Source: Vicugna vicugna (Eukaryota). From it: 64,000 nucleotides of DNA. Of this stretch, positions 62,781-64,000 are shown one piece after another. Every line of letters starts with the position of its first letter. Positions within the stretch are counted from its first letter, which is position 1. Location: positions 869,498 to 933,497 of the forward strand of contig MU058037.1 of NCBI GenBank assembly GCA_013265495.1, read 5' to 3'. The notes beneath the pieces are model-generated. The model saw only the letters and a list, made by a program, of their open reading frames with translations, was not told the DNA's origin and made no database searches. The position numbers were made by a program, and so were the translations under genes.

Positions 62781-64000
62781 CACCACACACCTCCAGTTTT
62801 CTCTCTTCTCTTGGGAGGTACCAGTATGGAAGGAACTCTTTGGGTTTCTCTCTTCAGCCCACCTGTCTTCCGTAGAGGAGAAGAGGAAAAAGAGGCTCAG
62901 GCATGTGTAGACCCTGAACTTGTGGGCTTTAATCTTTCAGAGTTCATAGGGAGTTCTGTTTGCCCCTACAGGAGGAGGTGGTAGATAAACATACAGAGAT
63001 GCTTCTCTGCCCTTCAACAAACTCAGCCCAATTCAGAGGAAGGCGGTGGACGCCAAATGTTTTCAGGGCAAAGCCCCAATTTTACCCACAATAATGTGGA
63101 ACTTGCAGTGATATCTAACCTGTATGTATATTTCCAGTTGGCTCAAAACCAACAGGGAAAAGGTTATGAGTAATAGCCACATGATCACCACCCTTAAAAC
63201 CGCAACCAGACTTGTGAGTTATGTTTATACATCCTTCCTTGAACCTGGAAAGGATTTTTAACAACCCGCCTCTTAGGAGTGGTTGTTTAACCACTTAGGA
63301 GTTCTCCAAAGCAGAACTAAGATAAATAGGTATAACTTATAAACAGAAACATTTCCATTTGAACTTGTTAATATGAAACAACTTTCTTGTTAATATAAAA
63401 GAATACAATAATTGGTTGGTTCAAGTGTAGTTAAGTTTCCTGGCAAATTTCTGGTAGAAGCCACCAACCCACAGAAACAGTAGGGAATATTCCTGTAGGA
63501 TCTGCAGCCTCTAATGTCCCTTCTGACTGTAAGAGTCAATGAAATAAAAGAAATGCAGACTTAAAATAGAGCTTGGTCATTTAAGGTCTTAAAAAACAAG
63601 AGCAATGCTGGTGATTTCTGACCAATATTCTTGAATTGCCAAGTAACTTTTTCAAAATTTTTATGCTATTTCCTATAATTTTTGCCATCAGAATCCCATA
63701 GGACTCTCTTTCTGACATAAATTTTGAAGTGCATCAACCACAAAAGCAAGACAATTTCTCACAGAGAAGAATGGTCTTACCTGGAGAATTAATCATCACT
63801 TAAAAAGGGTCTGGAGGCTGACTCAGCCGCCTTTAGATAGAGCAGAAGGCAGTCTGTATATGTAACTCATTTTATCCGTCTTTCCCCCAAACTCCTATCT
63901 TGCTTTGTTTTTCTGTCAAAAGCAGCGTCCTGCTTTTCTTTTTTGAAAACTGCCCCTTATAAGAGAGTGGGTTGATAGCACAGTGGGTGGGTCTCCTGCT

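Noticed and set aside
63775..63810. Minus-strand donor CAG|gtaaga
   Set aside because: The upstream sequence is rich in stop codons and has no good acceptor.
1..64000. CRISPR arrays, operons, phage or defence systems, rRNA, processed pseudogenes, mitochondrial insertions
   Set aside because: No regularly spaced repeat-spacer array, long ORF or recognisable homology; the sequence is consistently mammalian non-coding DNA.

Overview
This is AT-rich, CpG-depleted mammalian genomic DNA, most likely from a camelid (alpaca, llama or camel). The evidence is three tRNA-derived SINEs of the camelid vic-1 type, cetartiodactyl-type L1 3' ends, and no ruminant BovB/Bov-tA or primate Alu that I could see. 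I cannot support any protein-coding gene: the ORF-track entries are decayed L1 ORF1/ORF2 pieces or short ORFs expected by chance. A large part of the window is interspersed repeat (L1, L2, MIR, L3/CR1, MaLR/ERVL solo LTRs, hAT and mariner MITEs), often nested with target-site duplications still visible. L1 pieces are strongly biased to the + strand, which suggests an intron of a large gene transcribed on the - strand; I could not identify that gene. The most notable non-repeat signals are a near-consensus CTCF site (33832-33850), several repeat-free enhancer-like blocks with PBX-HOX/MEIS, TCF/LEF and MARE motifs, two local CpG-retaining patches, and two low-confidence minus-strand exon candidates (42281-42326 and 50358-50528). 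I found no convincing evidence of a novel biological system. Repeat subfamily names are recalled from consensus sequences, and boundaries of old repeats are approximate (tens of bp).
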